A stretch of DNA of 60,361 bases, filler included, from Aduncisulcus paluster (taxonomy: Eukaryota), in NCBI GenBank assembly GCA_024181965.1. It is 4 parts of 4 records of this genome, joined end to end, with 100 filler letters (N's around TTAATTAATTAA, not from the genome) between each part and the next. Parts side by side here need not be neighbours in the genome. Positions count along the whole stretch, not along the records: positions 9,691 to 33,678 come from BQXS01010921.1; 3 more parts are not named here. The stretch is one strand, 5' to 3'. A program made the position numbers and the translations under genes. The notes beneath the pieces were generated by a model, which saw only the letters and a program-made list of their open reading frames with translations, was not told the DNA's origin and made no database searches. Each line of letters opens with the position of its first letter. Position 1 is the first letter of the stretch. Of this stretch, positions 10,858 through 22,183 are shown in pieces.

Positions 10858-13233
10858 ATGTTTTTGTTTATTGGAAATGAGGCTGTACGATATGGTAAGG
10901 CTATCTACTTCATTGCTAACTTTAATCACATATCTCTTCCATTATATTCCAAATCAGGTATACCTACCAGTGTTTTTATAAGTAATGATAGTTCATGCGC
11001 AAAATCTGTTCTTTCCGAGATTCCTTGGGGATTGGGCGTTGGGAATCGAATCTTTTCAGTGCGTAAGAAAACTCTCCCCACTGATTCTTCCGTTATTCAG
11101 AGCAAGAAAACAGTATCAAAATCAATTCAATCAAAGTTTGTTAACCATAAAAATGAGAAAGGATCGAGCTCCTCAAATCGAGATTCTTCTTCCTCTCGGG
11201 CTCAATCCCTTTATTTTTTCAAACCATTTATAACTCATTCATCTCTTACACAACAATTAGAACCTATATCCATATTTTGCCCCATTAAATGTCTCACATC
11301 TCTTGAACCCTATCTTCATTCTTTAAGTTCTCAGCCTTTTCCGTTGTCAAAGTCTTCTCATCCATATTCCAACAATTCTAGTGAATATTATGCACTTCAA
11401 CTTGTTAAAATGTTTATTGATAAACAATATTGTGATGATCTTAGTTCCCTTCACGAAAGTTGTGAGAAACAGGAGAGAAAGAGGAAAATTGAGATGCAAT
11501 TCTTTTCTAGGGTTGTGTTCTGTGATAAATTCCCTCTTCTTCCCACATTTTCCCTCTTATTACTCCTTAACATGCTTGATGGATGCAGTGGTGTAAGTGA
11601 TTCCACTCCTTTGTCTGCTTCCTCTGCTTCTCGAGGCGTCCACCCCTCGCCATCAAGCTATGGACACATGTCTTGTGCATCATCAACCCTTCATTTGTTT
11701 ATATCTCCATATGATTCTTTCTCTTCGGCCATCTATTGTGTGTTGGTGGATATTATATGGTGCATTCGAAAGGGAATCGAGTCGAAAAATGAAAGGGAGA
11801 GGAGAGAAAAGGAGATAATTCGTGAACAACAACAGAGAAGGACTTTGGAAAGGGCGTTTAAACGAAAGAAAAGCAAATCAAAAACTCAGTCTGTTAAAGG
11901 TGAAGCAGAAACAGCTGATTCTCACTCTTCAGAAGTATGTCTTGAGTTTGATAAAATAGACGACTATTTCGAAGAGAAACATAAGGAAAGTAAGGGCGGA
12001 TATTCTAATGAATTTGATCCCCATACTGTATTTGAAGCTTCTTCTTCTTTCTCAAAACATCCAAAAATATCAGAAGAGGGGGGAAGGGGGAAAGAGACGG
12101 ATGATGGGGATTTAAAAACCTTTCAATGGTGTGAAATTCTTATTGATTCCTTTCCAATCTTATCTAAACTTACAAGGATCAATATTGTAACGCATTGTAT
12201 GATTAAACCATCTGCTCAAGTTCAATTATCTCCTTTCGCAAGCCTAAATATAGCACATGTACTCACAATTGGTCTAAAAATAGGTATCCCAGTTATTTTC
12301 CACAAAGAGAATTCCATTTCTTCAACAATTTCATCCTCTCCAAGTATTTCATCTATTATTCCTCAAGCTTCTCAACAAAAGACTACGCCGAGAATATTTT
12401 CAATGCATTCGAAAACAATGGATTATTGGTATTCAAATCAATATGTTCCCTGTTGTGAATGTCATATGATGACTCCCAGGAGTTGTCTGGGAGAAGTTGT
12501 GCAATCAGTGGTCCGAAATGATTCAACTGTGTCGATATGTCTAAGTATTATAACCTCTTTATTATCACCAAAGTTGCTGCATTCGCTTTGTGAAGTTCCC
12601 AGGCAGATATCATTTTATTATGCCGTTTCTGTGTGTAAAGGGAAGAAAAGGGATATTCTGCGACATCCCAGGGCACAAAATATCCTTCAATCGCTTGTTG
12701 CAGCCTTGAGACGTGATAAGATCCTTTCGTTGAACTCAAAGCATGGAACTCAAACAACACATAGCTCTTCTTCAGAGCCTTTGATTAAGACATACTCAAT
12801 ATTAAAATATCACGCAACGGTCTTGGGATTAGATGTTAGGGATACAAAGCAGATGGGAGATGCTTTTTCTCATTCAATATCTGGTTTGTCAAAACGAATG
12901 AAACCCATCCCTTATAACGAGGATGTGTTTTGTGTGGAGACTCTCTCGTCGGTTTCAGCAACTAAACCATCCTCTCCATTTGTTTTGCAGTTTCCTCTCC
13001 TCGATATTTATCAAATTATCTCGGGATTTATCTCTGGCGATACTGTGTTATCTTATTTTGCTCAAACATTATCTTCTTTACTAATCCTTCAATCGGCAAT
13101 TAAAAAGGGAGCTTGGCAAAGAGTAGTGGCAAAAGATGGTGATATGTTACTATTTAATGTTGTCGTTCAGGAGTTGGCTAGATTGGTTGAATCATTCAAT
13201 GAAATGCTAGTATCTAGAAATAAGCTTGCATAG
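10858..13233 (+). CDS. Hypothetical protein (791 aa), possibly with a short upstream exon 10747-10794
   Basis: Long Ser-rich ORF with a charged coiled-coil insert. A candidate GTATTC..TTAG intron at 10795-10857 would add 16 codons in frame. Confidence 0.75.
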   Translation: MFLFIGNEAVRYGKAIYFIANFNHISLPLYSKSGIPTSVFISNDSSCAKSVLSEIPWGLGVGNRIFSVRKKTLPTDSSVIQSKKTVSKSIQSKFVNHKNEKGSSSSNRDSSSSRAQSLYFFKPFITHSSLTQQLEPISIFCPIKCLTSLEPYLHSLSSQPFPLSKSSHPYSNNSSEYYALQLVKMFIDKQYCDDLSSLHESCEKQERKRKIEMQFFSRVVFCDKFPLLPTFSLLLLLNMLDGCSGVSDSTPLSASSASRGVHPSPSSYGHMSCASSTLHLFISPYDSFSSAIYCVLVDIIWCIRKGIESKNERERREKEIIREQQQRRTLERAFKRKKSKSKTQSVKGEAETADSHSSEVCLEFDKIDDYFEEKHKESKGGYSNEFDPHTVFEASSSFSKHPKISEEGGRGKETDDGDLKTFQWCEILIDSFPILSKLTRINIVTHCMIKPSAQVQLSPFASLNIAHVLTIGLKIGIPVIFHKENSISSTISSSPSISSIIPQASQQKTTPRIFSMHSKTMDYWYSNQYVPCCECHMMTPRSCLGEVVQSVVRNDSTVSICLSIITSLLSPKLLHSLCEVPRQISFYYAVSVCKGKKRDILRHPRAQNILQSLVAALRRDKILSLNSKHGTQTTHSSSSEPLIKTYSILKYHATVLGLDVRDTKQMGDAFSHSISGLSKRMKPIPYNEDVFCVETLSSVSATKPSSPFVLQFPLLDIYQIISGFISGDTVLSYFAQTLSSLLILQSAIKKGAWQRVVAKDGDMLLFNVVVQELARLVESFNEMLVSRNKLA

Positions 13234-13459
13234 ATTATATCAATGCCAAAAAATATTTAAGTTATCGGATATTGTGTGGTGATTTCGTCAACAGACTATT
13301 CATTGTTCGTTGCCGAAGTAAATAGAATGATATCGACTATTTTGTCTTCTTATTTCGGAATATATTCCTTAATAAAATTAATTTTATTTAGAGTTAATTT
13401 ATTTCATTGTCCTTAACAGAAAATATAGAAATCATCTTGTTTTGGTCCCGATAGCAGCG

Positions 13460-14365
13460 ATGACGATGAATATTGACACGTTTCAAATATTATGCACCAT
13501 CTTGATAATAATGTCTGGAATAATTGGTGCTTTTTTACCCAGTATGTTGAGGAAATGTGATAATGCTGATAGGGCCATATCTCTTGCCAATGCTTTTGCA
13601 GGTGGTGTATTTATTACAGCTGGGTTCATGCATATGCTTGCTGAAGCCAATGAAAATTGGGAAGATCTTCTTCCTGATGTTGATTTCCCTATTTGTAATT
13701 TGATCGTTGTATTGACATTTTTCTTAATTCTTGCCATTGAACATGTTTTCGTTCCTCAGGAAAAACTTGAACAATGTCATGTCCATAGCATTGAGTCTGC
13801 AGCTCTTCTTGGAGACAAGGAAGAAGGAGAGGATCATGACCATCACCATGGTGGCCACGAGCACCACCACGAGCACCATCACAGCCATGGAGAACCAGAA
13901 AATACGTTTATTACTGTTCTTGTTACTCTTATTGCACTTTCTGTTCATGCATTTTTGACTGGTATTTCTCTTGGTCTTCAATCTGATATGAGCGATGCTG
14001 CTTTCATGCTTATTGCAATCGTTGCTCATAAATGGTGTGAAGTGATGGGAATGGCCATTGTTATCATGCGTACTCCTGGCATAAAACGTTGGCAGACTAT
14101 CGGTGCTCTTTCTCTCATCATTCTTATTACTCCTCTCGGTCAAGCCATTGGTGTTATTATGCTCCACTATTCCAGTGATACTGTTGCTGCCTGGATGACT
14201 GCTATTGGTGATGCCATGGCTGGTGGAACATTCACCTATGTGTCAATCGTAGAAATGATTGTGCCTGAGTTCAGTAATAGATCTACAAGCAGTGTACAAG
14301 TGTGGAAACTGTTGCTCGCTTTGCTTGGAGTTGCCATCATGTCCCTTGTTGCTCTTGTCATGTAA
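13460..14365 (+). CDS. ZIP (SLC39/Zrt-Irt) zinc/iron transporter
   Basis: NAFAGGVFITAGFMHMLAEA, His-rich loop HDHHHGGHEHHHEHHHSHG, ALSVHAFLTGISLG, AIVAHKWCE, GGTFTYVSIVEMIVPEF; about 8 hydrophobic segments; first ATG at 13460. Confidence 0.95.
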   Translation: MTMNIDTFQILCTILIIMSGIIGAFLPSMLRKCDNADRAISLANAFAGGVFITAGFMHMLAEANENWEDLLPDVDFPICNLIVVLTFFLILAIEHVFVPQEKLEQCHVHSIESAALLGDKEEGEDHDHHHGGHEHHHEHHHSHGEPENTFITVLVTLIALSVHAFLTGISLGLQSDMSDAAFMLIAIVAHKWCEVMGMAIVIMRTPGIKRWQTIGALSLIILITPLGQAIGVIMLHYSSDTVAAWMTAIGDAMAGGTFTYVSIVEMIVPEFSNRSTSSVQVWKLLLALLGVAIMSLVALVM

Positions 14366-14916
14366 GGAGTGTGATACATGGAGTCTCGGCCATTTATCGA
14401 TTCTCCCCCAATTTGCTGATCTTTATGAACAAAATATTAATATCTATGATGTCCTTTCTATCTTTTTCATTTCTTGTGGCAATCAATTAATAATGATATG
14501 AATATATAATATATAATATTTAGTATATGCTATCCATAATCCTTCTAGCTCCAAAATATTTTTTTTTGTTTGTTTTTTACTCACAATATCGCACAAAAAA
14601 AGTCAAATGAATACCATTGAAATCTCATTTAAATAATTGGGGGAACCGATGTTACAAAAGGACAAGGTTATATGATTATCTAAATATAGATTCTTATAAC
14701 GGTTGAATAAGTTGTTTTTCTTCACTCTGAATAATATACAAAAAATAAAAGGCTCATTGATAGTGAATTAAGAAATAATTTTTAAAAAATCAAATCAAAT
14801 ATGTTCTGTTCAAAGTTTGAACGTTCAAACTAAAAGTAATCAAGCGATTGTATAATTTAAATAAATGAAACAATCGTCCATCAAATGTCATTGACTTTTT
14901 ATCAATCATATTATAA

Positions 14917-17900
14917 TCATTCATCATCATATGTCAATCCTGCAATTTTGAGATTTTCATCCATTTTCTTTCTGAATCCTTTCAAATTCTGAAGCAATTT
15001 CTGCTGAGTATCCAATATATCAGAGAGTTTGGCTTGTTGTTCGAGAGTTACTCGACCCATATCTTTGTCAACACGTTTCATAACACTGTAAATTCCAGTC
15101 ATTTGTAACTTCTCAAGCTTCTTAACAATCTTACCACAAGCTGAATGTCCAATGCTGTGAGTTCCAGCCAATTGTTCTTTTAGATGCTTCACATCTTCAA
15201 CGATAGGTTTGACTGAGTTATATCCGCAGCTTCCACAACCAACGCCACGGATGGTACCCCTAATCTTACTCATCTCTTCACCACGCTCCTTGTGGATTCT
15301 CTGAGTGTGGGAGTACAAAGTGTGGATATCACCGTATAAATGGCAGAAACTGAGGCGTAACTTCGACAATTCGCTCTTCAATACAGCATTCTCAACACTG
15401 GCATCCTGAATGGTGTCAGTTTGTTGTTTGCTTCGCTGTTCAACGTCATCGAGCACGGCTTCACGCTTCTTGACTTCTCTCATGGCCTCGTATAACCGTC
15501 TCTTGGCCTGTTCGAAAAATCTACGAGCCATCATTCCTTTCCTGCATTCTCCTTCCAATATACAGACCTTCTGATAGAGCTTCCTGTTGCTCGAGTCCGA
15601 TTTGCTCAACAACACACGGGCACTCTCAAGTTTCGCACGTAAGGAAGACACTGTGTCGGCAGATGACAAGGGAAGAGGAGCAAGGTGCTGAGACATTGTG
15701 TGCATTTGTGTCTGTTTGCTCAACACATAACCACCTTTGTCACTCACATAGGCATCGGATGAAGGATGGGAAGAACCAGAGTGGGGAGCTAAACGAGAAC
15801 CAGTGGAAGCAGAGAGAGAAGGAGCAGAGGCATAGGATGAAACACCACTGCCTGGACCTTGGACAGGAGAAGATCCACTGCCCTCGCCAATACTGATGAG
15901 ATCTCCAACAGCTTCTCCACTGCCACCGCGGCNNNNNNNNNNNNNNNNNNNNTTTCGCACGTAAGGAAGACACTGTGTCGGCAGATGACAAGGGAAGAGG
16001 AGCAAGGTGCTGAGACATTGTGTGCATTTGTGTCTGTTTGCTCAACACATAACCACCTTTGTCACTCACATAGGCATCGGATGAAGGATGGGAAGAACCA
16101 GAGTGGGGAGCTAAACGAGAACCAGTGGAAGCAGAGAGAGAAGGAGCAGAGGCATAGGATGAAACACCACTGCCTGGACCTTGGACAGGAGAAGATCCAC
16201 TGCCCTCGCCAATACTGATGAGATCTCCAACAGCTTCTCCACTGCCACCGCGGCCAATGACATTGTTCCCATGCTCGTTCACAGTGACAGGAGTACCTCC
16301 GAGGGAGTAGACCTGTTGCTCGAGGGAACTCTGAGCATTCATAAGAGTCAAAACCTGCTTCTCGAGAGAGCCAATACGCCTGGAGAAGACATTGTAGAGT
16401 TCAGGAACAGGCAAATCGCTTTCGAGGTCTTGGTTGATGCTCTCCAACTCTGACACCTTGCTTGTGAGCTTGGAAATATGGAGTTCGGATTCTGTTTTGA
16501 GTTCATCATAACGCATTTGAAGATCTGAGAGACGTGACATCATGCGTTGGACTTCTGGAGAGGAAGAGAGGGCTGAGGTGTTAGGAAGGATTCGAGAATG
16601 CTGGGTTTCGGCAACATGTTGTGGGTGAGCTGGAGAAGAAGGAAGATCCTCCTGGGCAATAATCCGTGAATGGGGCATTCTACTACTTGTAGCTTCTTGA
16701 GGAGGTGGGGGTCCATCATAAAAGGGGGCTGAAATGATGTGAGAATCAGGAACAGTATTCATATTGGTTGGAGCGGGGCGTGGATGACTGTAACCTTCAC
16801 CTTGCAATGGATTCTGATGGTATTGTTGCCTCTGAAGCCTTCCTTGCTCAAATTGAGAACGTTCAAGGTCTGCTTTAGTTAACTTTGCTTCTAATTGTCT
16901 CTCTTCTTGGAGCAACCTCTGTTCCTGTTCAACCTCAAGGGCAGCTTTCTCCTCCTCTTCACGAAGACGTTCCTCACGTTCCATGGCTTCCCTCTTGAGT
17001 TGTTCACTCTTTGTGATGGATCCTGAGTGCTGTCCAGAAATGCCAGTAGCAGTAGCAGTAGCTGTAGGAGAGTAGGGATGGGAATCCATTGGCCCAGAGT
17101 GGAGTGGACCTGGGGAAAGATCTTCTTTCACGCACAAAAGTCGCTCGAGCTCAACTTCATGGATGCCAACAAAGCCAAGCTCATCCTCTTGTACGTCACC
17201 AATAACACCAATCTCAGTGTGCATGTGGATCTGAAGGAAAGAGAAGAGATCTAACAAAGAGGCAATGGAAGCTGGACAGATTGGCTGGTCATCGTCATCA
17301 TAAATGGGCTTGGTTTGGAGAGATTCCTCTGATGTGGAGTGAGAATGCTCGCCTTTCGGACTGGGTTCTACGTCTGAGGGTTCGTTGATGCAGATTACAC
17401 CGTATATCTTGCAGAAACCGCACAAGAGAGGGATCAAGAGCTCATTAAGGGCAGTGGAGGGACGTGAGACGGCAGATACAAGCTCACTCTGGCCTGGTAA
17501 GTGTCGAAGGGGACTGCGTGACATCAGAGATGCAGATAATGAGCCAGAAGAAGACCCATGAGTCGGAGAGGCTGTCTGAGAGTTCCGGCAATACATTCCA
17601 ATCTCTTTCAGACTCTTGAGAACGCTATGGATCTGTTCTTGACGAACCTTGATTTCTTTTTTAGATTCTGAGCCCTCTTTGCCCATTCCCGTTGCCAAAT
17701 CAACCACTTGGACGGTACTGATGATATTTGTGGATCTATTGTAGAGAGAAAGACGAACAAAAAGATGGGCAGTGGTACTCTTGGCATACACATGCTTTAA
17801 GGTGCGCTTCCAACTCACTGAATGAGCTAAACATGAATATAAAACGGATAAAGCATCGGAAAGAGAGTCTATGGCAACGGATGTCATATTTGAAGAATCT

Positions 17901-18499
17901 AAGTTCACAGGGGGGGCAGATGGAAGTAGAAGATCAAAAACATCCTCTCCACGAAGTTCAAAAACAGACATACCAAAGGCAAAGTTTGGTGAAGATGTTG
18001 TCAGAGAGAGAATTGAAATTAAAAGTTGGTGAAGAATAGAGGAACTGTCAGATCCATATCTATATTGACTTTTTGACACAGATTCTTCTGTTTCACCCTG
18101 CCCAATAAGGGTTTTGGTAATTCCACTTCCAGATACACCACAGCCGATAACAAGAGCATTGTATCCATTAATAACCCAATCTGATGCATCAGTGGCAATA
18201 TCAATTGCTAATTTTTCCTGATTTTCTTGAGAATATACCCCAGAAAAACTATATGTTTGATATTTCTTAGGAGTTCTATTGAAAGGCAAAATATTGAGAA
18301 GGATGATGAAATAAAATCAGAATAGTTGGTAAATATAAGTACTATTATAAATGTAAAATACATACTTAACGGTAACAGTGTTATCTTCAACGTGAAATTG
18401 GCTAGGACCAGTGGTTTTCTGGGATCCGATCATTACATAAGAACTTGTTGAACCATCTGGCGATTTTTGATCATATTGTTCTAAATATGACTTTTTCAT
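14917..18499 (-). CDS. Kinesin-like protein with degenerate motor motifs and long coiled-coil tail; intron 18276-18365
   Basis: YSFSGVY, GYNALVIGCGVSGSGITKT, MSVFELRGEDVFDLL, STTAHLF, VVDLA and ALNELLIPLLCG occur in kinesin order. A GTATGT..AATAG intron joins VTVK/TPKK in frame. The two ORFs in the track join once the duplicate around gap 15933-15952 is collapsed. Confidence 0.8.
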
Positions 18500-18693
18500 G
18501 CTTTAATACTACAAGTAATATAATTGTTAGCAATTTTGGGTTTTTCACCTTCATGATCAGAATAAGTAGAAATAATATAGTATTATCAAGAATTAGTTTA
18601 TCAAATCCTAATGCTAACCAAAAAATCCATTTTCATTCTGACGGATTTGATGAAAAATTAAATGTCGATTTTGTTCACTAAAAGAAGGGCACT

Positions 18694-19491
18694 ATGGAAA
18701 TTAAGCCAATTATTGATTTATTCAAGCAAGTATCTGTTGTTGTAAGCCAAATTGAGTGGAATGGACCTTTTGTTTACATGGTCCTTGCCATTCATTTACT
18801 TTTTTCTGCGTTCATCGTTAAATCAAGGACTTCAGATGTTTTGATGTCTATTAGCATTATTGGTCTTCTTGGGTTATTGCTTTATTACCGGTTTTTGCCC
18901 ACACACATCTATGAATTTTTGAGTCTGTGCCTTCCCGCCAATTCTGAGTTAATCATTTCTCCCGCCATCCCATTTGTTATGTGGTTCCTCCCCATTGCCA
19001 TTAACTCCATTTTATGTGTTATCTTTGTTGTGCAACTTATTTTCCAAAAGAACTTGTCAACTGAAGAGTGGAGAGAAACCGAGACTCAACAGAATTCTAT
19101 TCCCACAATGAAGGAGGGTGAGGTCGAAAAGGAAGAAGAAAGTGAAGAAAAGAAGGAGAGCGGCGAAGAAGAGGAAGCCGAAGAAAAGGAGTCTGAATCC
19201 GAGGAAAAGAAGGAAGAATCTGAAGAAAAGGAGTCTGAATCTGATGAGAAGAAGGAAGAATCTGAAGAAAAGAAGGAAGAGGAGGAAGAGGAGACCAAGG
19301 AAGAAGAGACCAAGGAGGAGACTGAAGAGACTACTGATGAGAAGAAAGAATCCTCAACTGAAGAGTCCAAATCTACTGAACCCAAGGAACAACCCAAAGC
19401 CAAAAAGGGAAAGGGTAAAGGTAAGGGTAAAGGCAAGGGTAAAGGTAAAGGAGGAAAGGGAAAAGGAAGAAAGAACATAGGTCACCACTAA
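18694..19491 (+). CDS. Small membrane protein (TMEM18-like) with Glu-rich then (GK)n tail
   Basis: IEWNGPFVYMVLAIHLL start and three hydrophobic segments resemble TMEM18; E/K/S low-complexity tail and KGKGKGK repeat. Confidence 0.7.
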   Translation: MEIKPIIDLFKQVSVVVSQIEWNGPFVYMVLAIHLLFSAFIVKSRTSDVLMSISIIGLLGLLLYYRFLPTHIYEFLSLCLPANSELIISPAIPFVMWFLPIAINSILCVIFVVQLIFQKNLSTEEWRETETQQNSIPTMKEGEVEKEEESEEKKESGEEEEAEEKESESEEKKEESEEKESESDEKKEESEEKKEEEEEETKEEETKEETEETTDEKKESSTEESKSTEPKEQPKAKKGKGKGKGKGKGKGKGGKGKGRKNIGHH

Positions 19492-19611
19492 TAAATATTG
19501 CTTAATCAAATTTTAATCTTACTATCTTTTGATTAAGCTTGTGATGTTTATGATATTAATGTTATTCTGTATTTTATTCGTGTTTTTCGAATGACAACAG
19601 ATTGAATGTTT

Positions 19612-20446
19612 CAGGGGTGTTCACTTTTACCCGAAGGAAAATGTGCACAGCCTGAACCGCCATGGTCCGACTACCTACAAGTAGGTTATCAGTTCCGGCG
19701 TGAAAATTTAAAGTTTAAGATCAAGATCAGGGGTTACATAGAGCCTCCCAATGGATCTCCCGCCTGAAAAAGCGTTTTTTAACCGGGGACTTACCCGAAA
19801 CGTCAGGTAGGGGAGATCCCATCTCAATGGAGGTCAACTCATACATTATCAAGTTGATACTCTACAACGAGAATTGATCAAGAACTCGGATTCAATCCGA
19901 TTTTTATGTCTAAAGACAACTTGTATTCAGTAATACTCTATATAACCAGAATTGATCAAGAACTGTACAACTGTACGAGAATAAACAAATGGATACCATG
20001 GCTTGAAGAGCCACCTAATAGAACCTCCCTCCTGAAAATCATTTTTTACCGGTTCATATATTCCGAAGATAAATAAAGCGTTATTCCGAAACGTCAGGTG
20101 AGGGAGACATCCACTAGGATCAAGTTCTCCATAATCAGAATGGTAATCCATTTTGGAATTAGAGCATGGGTCTTTTCTTAGTTTACCTGAAATAACTCCT
20201 ACCCGACTCTCCACAAAGAAGATCACATGAAGGGCAAGAAAAAAAGGAAACAGATCTCGATGAGATTGAGATGACAAAAATAGTTGACATGACAAACTGT
20301 AAACTGTTAGATTCTATCATATCAAAATTAATTGAACAGTTTATATAGTAAAATTATAATACGTTTCCAAGTATTTCATCAATAGAACTCAAATTTAGGG
20401 GAATCCATGGGGTAAGACGCTTTAGGGGTAAAAGTGAACACCCCTG
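19612..20446. mobile_element. Non-autonomous hAT-type element (MITE), 835 bp
   Basis: Perfect 21-bp TIRs CAGGGGTGTTCACTTTTACCC (19612-19632 and 20426-20446) flanked by 8-bp TSD GAATGTTT (19604-19611 and 20447-20454). Confidence 0.93.
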
Positions 20447-20471
20447 GAATGTTTTCTTCGAAAATAGCCAA

Positions 20472-21788
20472 ATGGAATATCTTAAAAACATTAAAAGTGC
20501 TTTAAAAGAGTTGATGGATATAGAATCGACGTATTCAAACTTTCTTATTTCAAGTCAACGGAATCTGGAGAAAATGCTTGAGAAGCCTACTTCTGACGGA
20601 CATACAGAGAAATTTGACAGCAGCTCGCAAGTGTCTAGTGAATTGAGAAAAGCAAAAGTCCATGTTGAAGGACTTCATAAAGGAATGAAGGGTTTATTGC
20701 TCAAATTTAATTCAACTGTGAAATCTGTAAATTCATTTCCTTCTTTAATTGATAAACCTTTTAATAGGTGCGACACGTTAAAAACACTTGCCCGTTTTTA
20801 TGCTCGTTCGGGTATGGTAACTGTGGCCCAGAAAGTTGAGGATAGGAGAGCTCTTGAAATGGAAAAAGAAAAGGGAGAGACTCATGAGGCACAAAAATCC
20901 AAGACAAAGGATATAATTTCGAAAGATATCAAATATGGAAAATCAACGTTGTTAGTTCCAAAGAAATCAAATTCAAATCAGGTTATTTTGAATAATTTAA
21001 GTACAATAACAACGCTCAAGAAATGTTGTGATAAATTTGATATTGATTGGATAAGAAAATGGATAAATTCTCTCTCAGTTCCTCATCCTTCTCAACCTAT
21101 ATTTTGTCACGTTGAAAAAAAGCTCTTAGTATCGGTGAAATTGGCAATATTGCGCGCAATAGTTGTGAAAAAAATTAAATTTGGTGGCAAAACCGATTCT
21201 ATTTCTGAAATTTATGATTCTATGGATTTAGGGAAGTGGAAAGGAAATGAGAAAGAGAGGGCAATTAACATCTGCAAAAATCTTTTACTGGCAGCAAGTT
21301 TAATTCGTCCAGTAAGATATCCATTTCGTCCTTCACCAGGAATACCTTCACAAAATAAGTTAAAAGATGAATTATCTTGCAGATCAGCACAGAAATCATT
21401 ATCTAAAGCATGTACAATTTTGGCAAGTTGGAGAGTTGGAGAGTCAGAGATTTCACCACTTCCGGCATGTATTCAGGCAGGTATCAAGATTATTGGTCCA
21501 TTATGTGAGATGAAAGAAAGGATTCCTAAGTGGCAAGAAGAATCTTTTATAACACTTCCATACTCACCCAAGCACTATATAAATCCGTATCATGGGGTAT
21601 TTTTATGCCCAGTTACACATGAAATGACAAATGATTCCATTGAAACGACTCCCATGCGTTTAGAATGTGGTCATGTAATATCCGGAAAGGCAGTTGCTCA
21701 ACTCAGAAGCGGAGCAGGATCTGTTAAATGTGTATATTGTTCAAAACACTCACATATAGATAACATTGAAAAGGTCCAAATCATATAA
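20472..21788 (+). CDS. RMND5: CTLH/GID complex degenerate-RING E3 ligase subunit (Rmd5/Gid2)
   Basis: C-terminal YHGVFLCPV..PMRLECGHVIS..VKCVYC, preceded by CRA-like SPLPACIQAG. Confidence 0.8.
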   Translation: MEYLKNIKSALKELMDIESTYSNFLISSQRNLEKMLEKPTSDGHTEKFDSSSQVSSELRKAKVHVEGLHKGMKGLLLKFNSTVKSVNSFPSLIDKPFNRCDTLKTLARFYARSGMVTVAQKVEDRRALEMEKEKGETHEAQKSKTKDIISKDIKYGKSTLLVPKKSNSNQVILNNLSTITTLKKCCDKFDIDWIRKWINSLSVPHPSQPIFCHVEKKLLVSVKLAILRAIVVKKIKFGGKTDSISEIYDSMDLGKWKGNEKERAINICKNLLLAASLIRPVRYPFRPSPGIPSQNKLKDELSCRSAQKSLSKACTILASWRVGESEISPLPACIQAGIKIIGPLCEMKERIPKWQEESFITLPYSPKHYINPYHGVFLCPVTHEMTNDSIETTPMRLECGHVISGKAVAQLRSGAGSVKCVYCSKHSHIDNIEKVQII

Positions 21789-22183
21789 ATTATATGATAT
21801 AATAAATTTATGTTCATGGATTAATTGCTATTCACAATGGAGAGATATAAGATAGAATATCAACAAACATCAGCTAGAGAAAAAAATGGTGTAAAAACGT
21901 CAATGTTTAAGAATTAAGAAAAGAGAAGACTATTAGAGCTCCTTGAAATTCTCTGACAAATTTTTTTCACAAACCCGCCAGAATTCAGAAAATAAAAGAC
22001 AGATAATCAGAAACAAGAAATAAAAAATACAGAATAGGATTCAAACAAAAGTCAAAATAATAAAATAATAAATAATAAACAAATAAACAAATTTCAACAA
22101 AGTATCAACTAACTAAATGATATTATGGGTAATAAAATAGAAATACACTGTAAAACACTTATACAAACATAGAGAACGAAAAC

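Noticed and set aside
19086-19480. Overlapping antisense and alternate-frame ORFs (also throughout 28000-31600 and 50000-57700)
   Set aside because: Shadows of low-complexity GAA/TCT-rich coding sequence.
19927-20295. 122-aa ORF inside the MITE
   Set aside because: Non-ATG start, no transposase motif, and it overlaps internal repeats.
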